The translations under genes and the position numbers were made by a program. Shown in pieces: positions 1-12,459 of a stretch of 31,619 nucleotides of DNA (its first letter is position 1; each line of letters starts with the position of its first letter). The DNA is from Cystobasidiomycetes sp. EMM_F5 (taxonomy: Eukaryota): contig JBPGPT010000009.1 of NCBI GenBank assembly GCA_051047955.1, positions 558,001-589,619 on the forward strand. Direction: 5' to 3'. The notes under the pieces are model-generated. The model saw only the letters and a list, made by a program, of their open reading frames with translations. It did no database searches and was not told the DNA's origin.

Positions 1-2880
1 GGTGGGGATGGGTTACCAGCGCCGGCAGGTCCGTAGATGTTTAGAGAAGCCATGGCAATCTTGAGGGCGCAAATCCACTTGTTGCGCCTCGTCACCTTGA
101 GAGCATTGTTTGACCAATTGCTTTTATACGGAATAGCTGTCGATAGCGTAAGCATGCCTTGCGCAGCAAAGTCTTTGACCGAGATGTCGCATTTGTGCAC
201 ATAGTCTCGCCTTTCGCTTTCCAAGAAATCCAGCATTGCTTGACGAAGGGCTTCAATCTGCTCAAAAGTAGTACCAAAGTCAACATCCCAAGTGAAGACT
301 TCGGATGTTGCTCCACTGCGACGATGATTGATGATTGCCTTGGTGTTGAGGATCGTATGTGGCATTTGAACACATGTGCCATCCGTCCGCTTGAAGACGG
401 TTGAAAGAAGCGCAATCTCCTTTACGACGTGTGGTGTGTCAAACCCGTCAATCATGATCAAATCGCCCACATCGCTGTTCAAAAGAAGTCTCAGTTTCGA
501 AAATATGTTTGATATGCGCGAAAGTCAGAGTCCGACGCACTATGGACTGTCAATGAATGGTGAGGCGTCAGCTTGACAGCGGCAATGATTTTCAGTCGTG
601 TACTTACTGTTTGGCCAGTAAGAATACGATAGATGCAAGGACTTCCTGTGAAGTCGAGCCAATGAGCCAGGACAGACCAAGAACGAAGGCCGAAGCGCTC
701 GTAAGGAAACCCGAAAATGAAACCGACAGCAATCCGATGATGAGGAGAATTGCGACAATGTAATAGAGTGACATGAGAATCTGATCGAGTCGACCGACAG
801 CAGAGTCGAGATCTCGCATCGAAGACGACAAACTCTTCCTTTCGCGGTGTATGTCGAGGCAGGCCATTTCAATCTCTTCCAGCGAGACATCACCATTGTC
901 GTCCTTGTCAAACATGACGAAGACCTCTTTTAGTACCTCTTCATTTGGAAAGTAGGGCGCAATGTCCTGCATAAGCATTACGTTGCGGTTGGACGGTGTA
1001 AAGCTGAACCATATCCGTCTAGCCAGCTGACGAGATTTGCTGGCAGAAGACAAGGCTGAAGTAACCATTGACTGGGGGCTATGGCTTTGCATAACGCGTT
1101 CACCGATAATTTCCGAAGCAACAGTCCCGAGTGCAGTAGTGGTGCCAGTCACGACTCGCTTGGTACCCTTGAGTGCCTTCTTGAGAATCTTCGCAGGGTC
1201 AATCTTCTCCTTGTTGTCACGCCAGCCGGCTCCGTCAAGCGTATCAGATCGTCCAATGTCCCGCGAGTTGAGGTATAGGGTGGTGAGTGTCTTGACAGCA
1301 AATTTGCTGCTGGCGATTCGGTCTGCATAGCTCGTCTTGTGGAAGTTGTACGCAACGACCTGAATGATGAATTTTTCCACTAGGAGAATAATGGCACACA
1401 GCCATATTGCAAATAGGCCTGGGACATGTCAAAGATTAGCACATGCACCCACCCCAAAATTACAGCGGATCTGGCATTACCTTTAGTGATTTGCGATAAA
1501 GTCTCGCCTGCGCCATTGCTGCGATCGGCTGGACCTTGTGCCAGAATAAGACTATGCCATCATGTCAGGCACCTGTATAAACGCATCTCGCTTGCAGGCG
1601 CGGCAACTCACGGCTGAAAGGAAACCCATAATGCCAAAGTCCACAAGAAAGCAGCGAGGGTCTTCTTGAGAGCGAATGTGTAGTCAATGTAGTGACGAGC
1701 TTCCGGAGCGACGGTTCCGATAGTGTGTTTGAGTATGTGAGGGAACAGCATCGCGGTCAGCATTGCGCCCCACCAACCGAGCCTGGACGAGTCGAAGAAG
1801 GGAGGTCAGCGTAAAGATTCGAGTGTAGGATTTGTCACAGCATACCAAACGATAGTAAGCCAGATGGACCAGTTGAGCGTGGATACTCCCCATACGGTGG
1901 GCGTAGGATTGATAGTAACGCTATAATCAATGGTCAGAGAGACAAGTTACACCTGGATTTGCTCGTAGTTGTAGTGTAGCTCAAACTCACGCGCAGATAC
2001 CCGGAATCCACAGGAGGAGGAGCACAGGCGCGATAAAGATAGTCCATCGAATCCAGACGTTTTGCGCAAGAAGGGTCAACCAGAACCTGGCAAATTTACT
2101 CTTGCCATAGTCTCCCTCGGCAAATTGCAGCTCTGGTGATGACTTGCTGCCTATACCTCCTAGCGGACCATATATGCCAGGCGAAAACATGGGCGTGGAA
2201 GCGGTACTCTTGCCATTGCTGTTATTGCTCGTCTTGCGCTTTCTGTTGTTGGCTGTCCCCCACCCGCTCGAGGCTCGCGAGAAGGATGGCGGAGTATGAT
2301 ATCCTGCTGGCAATTCGCGAGCTTCGTTTTGTAGTTGCTGTACAGCGCCTTTGAGAACGGGCGTGGTACGGTCGGCTGCAAAATCAGTTGCTTTCGGACC
2401 CGCTGGCGGGGATGTGAATTGTGCAGAGTCAAAGCGAGCTCGCAGTGGCTGGTGTGGTGTATGGAGTGGAGAACGAGAGTGGATGGATGCAGCATCGTCT
2501 GCCACCGCATCAAGCGAAGGACGGGTGTCTAGGGTGTTTTGCGACATGGATTGCGGCATCTGTATGTGGTGTGTGGTTGGCATAGGATACATCATAGGTT
2601 GCTGTATTGGGTGCGATGGAAATTCTGCTGGATTCTGCTGCCGCAACTGTTGTTGACTGGCCTGTCGCTGCTGCAGAGTGGCAGCTCCACTCGGCAAGGA
2701 AGCATTCCTGACTGGGACGTTCTGCTGAGGCTGTCCGATTTCTGGAGACACCAGCCCTCGATAGATGGCTGCATAGTCGTCGTAGCCGTCGTTATTGTTT
2801 AGAGCTACTTCTTGAAAAGTAGCGTCATGTCCCCGAGGACCGGCCTCGGGCTTGTAGGAAGCTGAAGCAGAGGATGCCAT
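1..2880 (-). CDS. MscS-like mechanosensitive ion channel (fungal Msy1/Msy2 type), multi-exon; 3' end lies beyond the window
   Basis: ATG at 2880; long low-complexity N-terminus followed by TM segments (WIRWTIFIAPVLLLLWIPG). Exon 604-1380 has EKFIIQVVAYNFHKTSYADRI, ARRIWFSF, an EF-hand (DKDDNGDVSLEE) and LGLSWLIGSTSQEVLASIVFL, followed by an HPYDVGD-type MscS core split across introns at about 480-600. Confidence 0.92.
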
Positions 2881-3536
2881 ACTGCCAGGACTTGGACAAT
2901 TAAACGTTGTTGCTTGTTTCTAAACAGCTTTGACGTCTCCAAGTGGTGACTGCAATGGCAAATGCCGCAGGAAGGGCAACCGAGCCAGGCGGTGCGTCGA
3001 GAACGGTGTGGAAGCTATTTGCAGTAAAGTGTGCAGGTGTATTCCAGGGTATGTTGAATAAATGCAAGGTCGTCAAGCCATTGAAAAAACAACTGCAGAC
3101 TTTTGGGATGTCACCTCGCTACAGGCGTGGCCCCTGATCAAGAATACCAAACAAACCGCCAATGGGCTGCTCTTTGCCTTGAACCATTACTGGACTGCTG
3201 CAAGGCTCATACATATGGTCACCCCTGCCTGCGTTGATGCAGATGTGCAAATGTATTCCGTCAAGAAGCCATGCCATTTACGCGCGAGCCTAGAGCTACA
3301 CGACCGCGGGGATGGCCAAGTTGAGACGAGGTCGGCAGCCCATGATGACATTTATTGATTTCACTCTACTCTGCTTTGATCTGCCCTGCTTGCTGTTTGG
3401 TAGCAGCTGTCCAAAGTGTACCTCGGGCACCGGCTTCATGTGCGCGTGACAGCTGATGGCTGGCTGAACGAGTGTGGCTTGTCTAGTCCGCGACTACCGC
3501 TGACTCTTCCAGCCTATCGTACAATCAATCTACAGG

Positions 3537-4244
3537 ATGCGCATCCCTTCTATCGTCCTGAAGTTCCTGCTCACTGCTGGCTACGTCCTTGCCTTGCCAC
3601 ACGCACCAAGCGACGACATCGTTTCCACCCTAAACGACGGACATCCAGCTGGTTATCTCAGCGCACGAAGCCCTGCTTGGGCTATTGACTCGCACATGAA
3701 TGACCTGGACGAGCGCATCGTCATCAATCCCCCCATCACAAGGCCAAACGCGAGCACAGTGTGGCGGACGGGACAGGCCAATATTTCCGTAACCTGGTGA
3801 GCCGGTTCTGTCCAGCTCGCAATTCATCCGTCTTACATGGAATAACGCGACAAGGGACGTCCCAGAAGGTGCAGCAGGCTATCGCGGAAATTTGCTCCTT
3901 GGGTGGCTGTTTGCAAATTACACTCAAGATCCCAATGAGCATCTCTTTCGTGAGTCGATAGACTGGTATAGCACTTCGTCGTTTGTTTATTCTTAAACCC
4001 CATTTCAGACAATCCTCTAGCTAGCGGATTCTACTTGACTGATGGCAATGTCACCTTTGACCTGCCATGCAACGAGTCTATCGTAACGCGTGACTCGTAC
4101 ATTGTGGTGCTCATGGGCGACTCTGGCAATAGGTCCCCTCCCTTCACTATCATTGCAGATGATGCATTGTGCGCAAGTGTCGAATCTACCAGCAACGGTG
4201 GCAACATCGCTTCGGCAGAAGCTGTGGTCAGATTCGACTCCTAA
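3537..4244 (+). CDS. Small secreted protein of the basidiomycete 'P-I-T-x-P...W...GDSGN-x-S-x-x-F-T-I' uncharacterised family (3 exons)
   Basis: Signal peptide MRIPSIVLKFLLTAGYVLA. Introns at about 3797-3854 and 3950-4008 give ...INPPITRPNASTVWRTGQANISVTWDVPEGAAGYRGNLLLGWL...EHLFHNPLASGFYLTDGNVTFDLPC...YIVVLMGDSGNRSPPFTII, ending at TAA 4242-4244. Confidence 0.8.
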
Positions 4245-4437
4245 TGGATCGCTGTTGGATGTGAAATACCGTACTCGCTTGAAGGAGCAGACTGTATCTA
4301 TATCTGGGGTTTCAGCCAAGCAAGCTTAGTGTATAGCATTAAGGGATTTATTAATAGTGAACGAGACGATAATTTGTACAGTATTGAATAGACTGAAAAT
4401 ATCGCAAGCAAAAGTGTTTAATCTCTATGAGCTTCAA

Positions 4438-6398
4438 TCACAGCTTTTGCGTCCCTCTGCGTTTCGCGTGCATTGCTCGTGCCGTAAAGATGAGGAATGC
4501 TCCGAAGAGACAGGTCACGCCTGCAAAAGTCGCTCCTTTCCACCAGTAGAAGGTTGGACCGCTGCCTACTAGCTCTCCGATGATGGGACTACCGACGAGA
4601 CCACCCACCGCAATCAGGACGAAAGGTAATCCGACTCGGATACCAATTTCGAACGGACTGTTTGCGAAGCCTACTTGTACTGATGCGAGAAGCGATACGT
4701 AGGCTCCCGAGAAGAAGCCGTAGATTGCGGAGAATGCCATAATGCCGCCAGGGTTATTGCATGCGAGCATGACCCACTGTAAACCCCCGCATACCACAAC
4801 GCACGGCAGCTGATGTAACAAGAATTTGAGCATGGATCCTGTTCACGTTCACCTGAATAGGTAGAGATACTTACGATGAGATTGAGCGGGCCATAAATAT
4901 CGGCCATGAAATTGGGCAGGACTCGACCGAAAATGCTGCCCGCATTGAGCACAGCGAGCGTGTAGAACGCAATGTTATTGTCCAACCCTTGAGAAGTTGC
5001 GAAGATCTGAACGAAGATGATGGGGAAGAAGAGGCCAAGAACGACAAAGAATAGACCAAATGCACAAATCCAGTACGGAACGTCTCTAAAGATAGCCTCT
5101 GGGTAATGCACAGCATGTCAGTAAATTTGAAACTCTGACCCACGTAAACGCAATACTGTACGTACTCATATCGGGTCGTACCTGCATATGTGCGGGTCTC
5201 TTTTTGAAACTATAGGTCGAATACCATACTCAGCCCAGTGTGGGGCAGGAATGATGTCTGCAGTACATACGGTGGAAGTCTGGTCGTAATGAGGATATTT
5301 GCGATGACTAAACAACCGAGATTCAGGAAGCTGAAAGCGAGTTGTCAACCAAATTCGTCCTGACGTGTTCGGTGATACTGGGACTTACGCAGTGGCTCTG
5401 ACGGCCCAGCCAAAGCCAACGCTTTTGAAGAGATTGTTGAGCACTAATGAAGGTGACTGAGTCAGCTCTATTGTCTAATACACTGTGCGACGACTAACTG
5501 ATCGGGAATATGATACCTAGAGTGATACGGATTCACGCGTCAAGGCTTAAGACCCATTAAAGGTGCACAGTGACGATGCTTACCGCCAACAGATGAACCC
5601 GAGACTGCAATACCTGTAGCGAGAGCACGTCGTCTTTTGAAGTGATGCGAAATGGCACCTGAGCAAGAGAATCGCGCGTCAGGCCGAGCGGCATCAGAGT
5701 AGATACAGAGTTGGTTACCGATGGCGGGCACGAAAATGAAGCCTATCCCTAAGCCAACAGTCAAGCCTTGCGCGAGAAAGATGCTGTAATACTGGGTAGC
5801 CAACGAGACCATCATGAGACCGAGCACGTATAGAAAGGAGCCACCAATGAGTAAGTAGCGACTGTATGATTTCGCTTCGTCAAGGACTGATACTCGCTCG
5901 TCCGAATGACGACGAAACTCACAAATATCCCTCATCGAATAGTTTTCCTGAAACAGCACCCAGAAAGAATTGCAGGAACAACTGGAAACTGCCAATCCAC
6001 GCAATATCACTGCTGCTCTTGTCGGGCAGAAAGTAGAGTGTGTAATATTCTTGGTAGACACCCTGAGGGAAACATCAAAATTAGCCCAAGAAAAGGGTAA
6101 AGAGAAGAGGAAGGAAAAGAACAAATGCGTTGACGTAGCCAAACGTGCAGAAGAGGAAGAGCCAGGCTGCGATAACAGTCTTCCATGCTTGCCAACCGCC
6201 ATCCGGAATATCGAATCCAGCAGGCGGAGCAGGGGCGGCAGGCTGGTTGGGCTGGTCCTTGGCCGCGTCAGCACTGACTTCCTTTGACTTTATCCCATGG
6301 GACTCCACGTCTTGAGCCAAATTTGGAGCGAGTGCTTCTGCTGCTGGCTCGACCAAAGTGGCGGCGTGACCTTCGCTCGATGATCTGTCGGAATTCAT
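4438..6398 (-). CDS. MFS transporter, monocarboxylate porter (Mch4/Mch5-like) family, about 10 exons
   Basis: Spliced motifs PDGGWQAWKTV, GYVNAFGVYQEYY, HHFKRRRALATGIAVSGSSVGG, GFGWAVR, LNAGSIFGRVLPNFMAD, IGIRVGL and GSPIIG; about 12 hydrophobic segments. Confidence 0.93.
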
Positions 6399-6647
6399 GC
6401 TTGAGGAAGAGGGAGAGTGAGGAATTAATGGCAGTGGTTCTTGTTAGCGGGACAGAAGTAGCAGTTTGGGACCCAGTCGCCAGCTGATGAAGCAGTTCGA
6501 AAACGCAGATAGCGGTATGTGAGCGGGGGTACGGCGCCAAAGTGCGTGCATCGGCGATAGCTTAGTACACAGAGAAGAAACTATTTCGAGCGTGCTTTCA
6601 GCCAAACAGCATGTGTAGACAGCAGCCTCGTGTATAGTCTAGCACGC

Positions 6648-6667
6648 CTTCGGTCAGCTTCGGTCAG
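6648..6667. repeat. Perfect 10-bp tandem duplication (CTTCGGTCAG)x2 in the MFS/NAR1 divergent intergenic region
   Basis: Sequence cttcggtcag cttcggtcag read directly. Confidence 0.75.
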
Positions 6668-6973
6668 CCAAATAAACGCGTCTAAACACTTGTGCATATG
6701 CGATTAGTTGATGATTTTGCGTAGAGGTATTGGATTCTGTTTGTAGTGAAGGATAGAAAGCGAAGTCAATAAATTTATCCGCACTGTGCGGGCCGGGGCG
6801 TGTCATGATTCTCACTTCTAATACAAACCCTCGTCGGCGTTGAAGCCAGGACTCGATTGCCTCTCGCAGACCAAACACATTGCTTGCGAATCTTTTGGTC
6901 CGTTTGTTCGACAACACCACAATTCAACTGCGACTGAGATTCTGTCCAGTCACACTCCTGCGCGCGACTGCTG

Positions 6974-8977
6974 ATGGCCTTCTCTGCGGCATTAGCTCTG
7001 TCTGACCTGAATGACTTTTTGGGACCTTCGCAAGAGTGCATCAAGCCAGTCACAGTCAAAGACGAAGAACCAGTCAGGCCAGAGAAGGAGGTTGGAGCTG
7101 CGGCTGTACGTGGGCTTCCTCTCATAGGCAAAGCGTTGTGGTGCTCGTAAAGCAGTCACCTCGCTTATGCAGTCTCGTGAAGTGGCAAAGATGCACAGGC
7201 TGATGAAGTTACGTCCTTGTCCCACTTTCCGCAGACTGAGATCCGGATAGATCATTCATCAAATTCATACTACGAGATCGACTCCAGCGGGTCGACCAGC
7301 GGACTCAATGCCTCGGCGGCAGTCAACGGCAACAAGAAATTGAAGAAAGCAGAGATCACTTTGAACGACTGCTTAGCCTGCTCTGGCTGCGTAACTTCTG
7401 CAGAATCGGTGCTTGTAGCTCTTCAAAGCCATGACGAGGTATACAAAGTCATCAATGACCAACCGGTACGTACCGAAATCTGCAGCGCAATGAATATTGC
7501 TGAAGCCGTAATTACGCAGAATATCACACCTATCATGTCCTTTGCTCCTCAAAGTATCGCCTCCTTAGCTGCTTTGCACAATATCTCGCCGCGCTCGACA
7601 TTGCGCCGCCTCAGGAGAGCGTTTCGCGAAATCCTTCGCTTTCGCTTCGTTTTCGATACCACCTTTGCTCGTCATCTCAGCTTGATGGAAGGTCGAAGCG
7701 AGTACTCGGAGCGACTCGCTAAAAAGGGCAAAGCTCGTGCAATCGATGCTCTCTCAGATAACGCCGCCGATACATCCCTCCCGCTACTAGCTTCAGCGTG
7801 TCCGGGATGGATATGCTACGCCGAAAAGACGCATGGCGAGCTCCTGCCTTTCATCAGTGCCGTAAGGAGTCCCCAGCAGGTCATGGGAGTTCTTGTAAAA
7901 GATTGGCTGGCAAAGAAGCTGAATCGGGAGCGAAACGAAATCTATCATGTGTCAGTCATGCCGTGTTACGATAAAAAGCTGGAGGCGTCGCGGCCGGACT
8001 TTGCGACTAGCGATGGCAATCGGGATGTCGACTGCGTATTGACAACGGGCGAGGTAGAGAAGATTCTACAAGAGCACGATATCAAACTTTCAGATTATTC
8101 GGACGAGTCCGGCAAATTCCAGACTGAAGACGAGTTTCTACCTTCGTTCATACAACATCGGGGGACCGCGAGTGGCGGCTACATCGATAACGCTATCGCG
8201 GCTGCTATCGCCTTGCAGCCTCCGGTCGCAATTCCCTCGCTTCAGCTGGATGTACGAAATGTTAGAGGAGAAGACTACGTAGAATACCAGCTGCGATCTG
8301 GAGACCGGCTCGTCTTTCGCGGTGCTAGATGCTACGGGTTCCGAAACTTGCAGAACATTGTGCGCAAGATCGGCCGTGAGACGGGCGTGTCAGTCAGCAA
8401 AGGTGCTGCCGGAAAGGCCGTCTCTGTCAGAAGAGGAGGATTACTCAAGCGCGGTTTGGCTCGGCCAGGGCAGACAAGCTTGAGCGCGAACAGTAGCGGT
8501 ACAGCCACTCCCGAAGAAGCGGAGAGGGGTTACGATTTCATCGAGCTCATGGCTTGTCCGTCTGGCTGCGTGAATGGCGGCGGTCAAATCAGTCCACCGA
8601 AACACCCTCAGGCTATCACAGTGGATCGCGAAGGTATGCCTTTAACAGAGGCTGACAGTGGGGAGTACAAAATCGTTGCAGACGAGAGTGACGGACACCG
8701 CGTCCTGTCTGGAAAGGAATGGGTGGCAAAGGTGGAGAATTTATATTGGACGCTCGGGGCACGCAAGATTGTCGAAGCCAATGGAATGTCCTCGAGCGTT
8801 CACGCGTCTATCAAGGACTACTTCAGGAAAGATGAAGATGACGCACATTACGACCAGTTGGCAACTTCCATCCTGGCAGAAATACGCGGGACGGCTGCAG
8901 CCGGCAATAGCTGTCTTCGAACACAGTATCGCGCGGTCGTCAGTGAAGAAGTCAATGGTCTTGCAGTCAAATGGTAG
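6974..8977 (+). CDS. NAR1: Cytosolic Fe-S cluster assembly factor Nar1 (iron-only hydrogenase-like)
   Basis: ATG 6974 gives MAFSAALALSDLNDFLGPSQECIKPV; introns at about 7106-7233 and 7465-7519; motifs ITLNDCLACSGCVTSAE, LASACPGWICYAEK, VMPCYDKKLEASR, ELMACPSGCVNGGGQ, LRTQYRAV and the conserved C-terminal Trp (LAVKW*). Confidence 0.97.
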
Positions 8978-9498
8978 GCACTCTTCATCTAAGCGGCTTT
9001 TGAGTTTGCGAGTCCTATATCGGAGCTTGCACTGGCCCGAGTGCTGCCGTAGTCACATTGACAGAGTTCTACGAGTCGTCGTACGATTGATTGCAAGCTA
9101 TCTTAAAAAGATAATCGAACGACGCAGCAGGTAGATTTGTCATGGCTCTTGTCGCGTGGCCGTTCATCTCGCGCCATAAGTCTCCGCAATATTGCCGAAT
9201 TATACTTTGACAATGGTCGCACCGCAATGATGTCGTTGATGCCAGACAGCCAGGTTCTATGAATGGAGAACCTGCTCTTGCACAGACAAGCTCTCTTTCA
9301 GTCAATTCCGTCAATTCCTGTCTGCTCGCGTCTCTCTTCGGCTTTCGCGCGCTGGCTTACATCAAGGCCGTCTTGAGGTTCGGGGTTTGTGTTTTGCTAT
9401 CAATTTGACAGCCTCGCTAAATCACGCTGCGCGCTCTTCGCCGGCCTATCTCGTGGATGTGCTGACGCAGGTGACCTCTTGTGCAACCGACCTGTTGG

Positions 9499-10501
9499 AT
9501 GGCGCCCGTTCCCCAAAATGATGGCGAACGTGTTTATAACGTTCTTTTGACTGGCTTTGGGGTTGGTCGCATTTTCTTATCGCAATCTTATCAGTCACTT
9601 ACAGACAAGTAATATTCTTGGGCAGCCTTTCCAAAACGTCCCTGTCAACCCGTCGTGGCAGATTCTCCAACCACTGCAAGGCCTGCAGTATATGTCGGTC
9701 ACGGGACGGAATATCAAGCTTCACTGCGTAGAGATCTCTGTCGCATACGATGAGGTTTCTCGTATAGCTCCCTCCATACACGGTTTGGTATGCGCCCGCG
9801 AAGTACGACAGGATGATTGGGAGCTGAGCCGATGCTACAGGCAGCGGAGTCAACATCCTTTCAGTATGACTCCTCGAATACTATTCTATTTGGCAAAGAC
9901 AAACCGCATTTCGACCTGGTCCTGCATATCGGCGTCAGTCCTGCCCGGTCTTACGTTTCACTAGAACGTCGGGCGAGAAGGTTTGGATATCTGAAACCAG
10001 ACGTGAATGGCATATACTGTCGTGGGCAGACAATAGAAGGCAGGGATCATCAAGTGTATGGCCATGGCGACCCCGTATACGGTGTCGATGACGGAGAGGG
10101 AGAATTGCATACCATCCTCAACCTGGACAGCTTTCGGAATCTTTTACAAACGACAGGCATCGTCGATAGTAAGATATCGAACGATGCAGGTATGTAGGAG
10201 GCGCAGTCAATGATGACACTGCTGACACTGTGCACTGTGAAAAACCAGGTCTATACCTTTGCGAATTCACCTACTACGCCTCTCTAGCTTGCGCGAAGCG
10301 ACAAGCGTTGCAATCTGGTAACAGTCCTACGCCCGTCTTGTTCATGCATATACCCTCGTAAGTCCTCGGTCGGACATATCTCGCAGCTGCAGAGTCTTCT
10401 AACCGCCGCGCATTCGTAGCGAAAATCGCCCATACTCGTTATCGCAGCTCACTAATACCGCACACGCATTAGTCACGCAGATCATTGACAGCATACCATG
10501 A
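9499..10501 (+). CDS. Pyroglutamyl-peptidase I (peptidase C15), about 5 exons
   Basis: Spliced VLLTGFG|PFQNVPVNPSW, VLHIGV, LERRAR (catalytic Glu), SNDAG|LYLCEFTYYASL (catalytic Cys) and LFMHIP (catalytic His); stop TGA 10499-10501. Confidence 0.92.
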
Positions 10502-10640
10502 AGCTCGCATCCGCTTACTGCTCGCGGAGCAATGACAGCCAACTCTACTCGGTATAGATTTGCAAAAGTGAGCTCGTACGCCATCAAGCCAAATGTAGCA
10601 TATGCACAGACATCATCTAAACTCGCATCGTATGTAAATA

Positions 10641-12218
10641 CTACATCTTTGCATCTCCCCGGCCTGCTTTAATCTGCAGTACTGCCTTGCCCCACGTTTT
10701 CCGGTCACCTAAGTCTTTCAGACCCCCTGGCAGACTTTCCAATCCGCTGATCCCGCGTCGATGTTTCAGTGTAATTCACGAAACCTTCACATTACGCGGA
10801 CAAGTGTTGCTCACCGATATACCTGCTTGAATATTACCGGCCGCAGCAGACCTTTGCGGAGCATCTCCAGCAGTGCAGCCCATACTTCGGGAATGTGTTC
10901 CGGTTCGTTCTTTGTGTAAGCTCCCCAGTGCACGCCCACCTAGGAGTGCGATCAGAGCTGAAGACATTAGACGAGTTATCGCTATGAGGCGTACCAGACT
11001 GATATTTTTCAAGAGGACAAGGTTCATGGGAATCTTCTCGATAGAACCCGCTGCGAAACCGACAACGATGGCACGACCATTCCATGCGATGCATTTCAGC
11101 GATGGAGAAATCATACCAACAGGATCATAGATGACATCGGCGCCATGTCCCTTTGTAATCTTCTTAACCTCATCCTGCCAACCGGGTTTTGTATAGTCGA
11201 GAACAAAGTCTGCTCCTCCTAGATCCTTGGCGACTTTTAGCTTCTCTGCTGTGCCAGCGGTCGCAATGACCTTTGCGCCAAGCGCTAAAAGCCATGGAGT
11301 ATTAGCTTGATATAGAAGACTGCAAGCGGGACAGTACCTTTCGCTATTTGTACTGCGCATAGACCTACGCCGCCAGCAGCCGCATGCACCAGGCACCACT
11401 GCGTAGCGTGATCGTCAGCTGTCAGAGCAATGAGCCCTTACCTGGCTTGAATTGAGCCTTACTTCGTCTGCCAACCGATGCATCAGTATCTATGAACTGG
11501 CAACTTAGTATTGCGAGTGACCCACCTTTCTGTAATTTTGCCCGCGTTACCAGTCCAGCGTATGATGTAGGGTATGTGATGAATAGCGTGCTTGCTTCTT
11601 CGTACGATAACCCGTCTGGGACAACCAGCATTTTACGCCAATCGCAAGCGATTCTGTGAAGGGTGATAGCAGTAATGGTCAATAAGGGTAACGTCTCAGG
11701 CATTTGGCGCTTCCTGTACCTTTCCGCAAAAGCTCCCTGACCAGCACCGAATACACGAGTCTTGCCTGGTACGAATGGACATCCTTTCGGCAGTGGTGAT
11801 GAAGCCGAGATTTTGCCAGCAAACTGTTCGATGCCTAGCAGCCTCAGCGGCGGTTGAAGTGTCAGCGCCTCTAGGACACACCTCTGCTCCTGCTACCCAA
11901 GGGAAAGGCGGTTGCAGTTGATACTTTCCCTGTACTTGCAGGATGTCTTTATGACCGGGTAGTCGACATGTGCCGGTCCGGCAGAGAGGATGTCATGTAG
12001 TGTGGGTAGGTGAAGGGGTGTGTCGGAGAATGTAATTCAGTTTAGTCCGAATGCTCTACACATCGCGTTTTGAGCTCACCAAAGAAATTGAGTGCCGCCG
12101 CGTGCACGTCAATCACAACATCGTTTTGACCTGGCTTTGGCTCTGGCGCATCATTCTTGAGCTTTCCGGGCAGCTCGTCGACGCTCTTTACGTATTTGTC
12201 AATGACGAAGCCGCGCAT
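10641..12218 (-). CDS. Zeta-crystallin-like NADPH:quinone oxidoreductase (MDR superfamily) with a C-terminal PTS1-like -AKM
   Basis: MRGFVIDKYV...VIDVHAAALNFFDILQVQGKYQLQPPFPWVAGAE; TYPTSYAGLV; LVHAAAGGVG; GADVIYDPVG; CIAWNGRAIVVGFAAG; NLVLLKNIS; last exon GLKDLGDRKTWGKAVLQIKAGRGDAKM*. Confidence 0.93.
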
Positions 12219-12459
12219 TTGTGCTTGGGAAAAGAGCAGTAGAAGCAGAGTCGATAGAAGTCGGAGGATGGCAAGGCAGCATGTCGATGTCAATAAGTTC
12301 GAACTCGTCAAGAGCGGGACAAAGACAATGCCCAACCCTTCTCAGCAGCTACCATTTCGTTATCCGAGCAGCACGTTGTGAATATTCATTGCTGATTTCC
12401 ACAGACCAAGTCTCGCCAATCCACAATCTTGTTTCAATTGCAGACCCACTGACCAGTGC
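12219..12459. promoter_or_regulatory. Short (about 240 bp) divergent intergenic region, probably a bidirectional promoter for the quinone reductase and ThrRS
   Basis: Head-to-head start codons at 12218 (-) and 12460 (+). Confidence 0.6.

Noticed and set aside
7106..7233. Longer-than-usual first intron of NAR1 as a snoRNA host
   Set aside because: The TGATGA coincides with the branch-point region, and no downstream box D or terminal stem is present.
9069..9314. 81-aa minus-strand ORF between NAR1 and the peptidase
   Set aside because: Non-ATG start, no motif, and it lies in expected UTR/promoter space.
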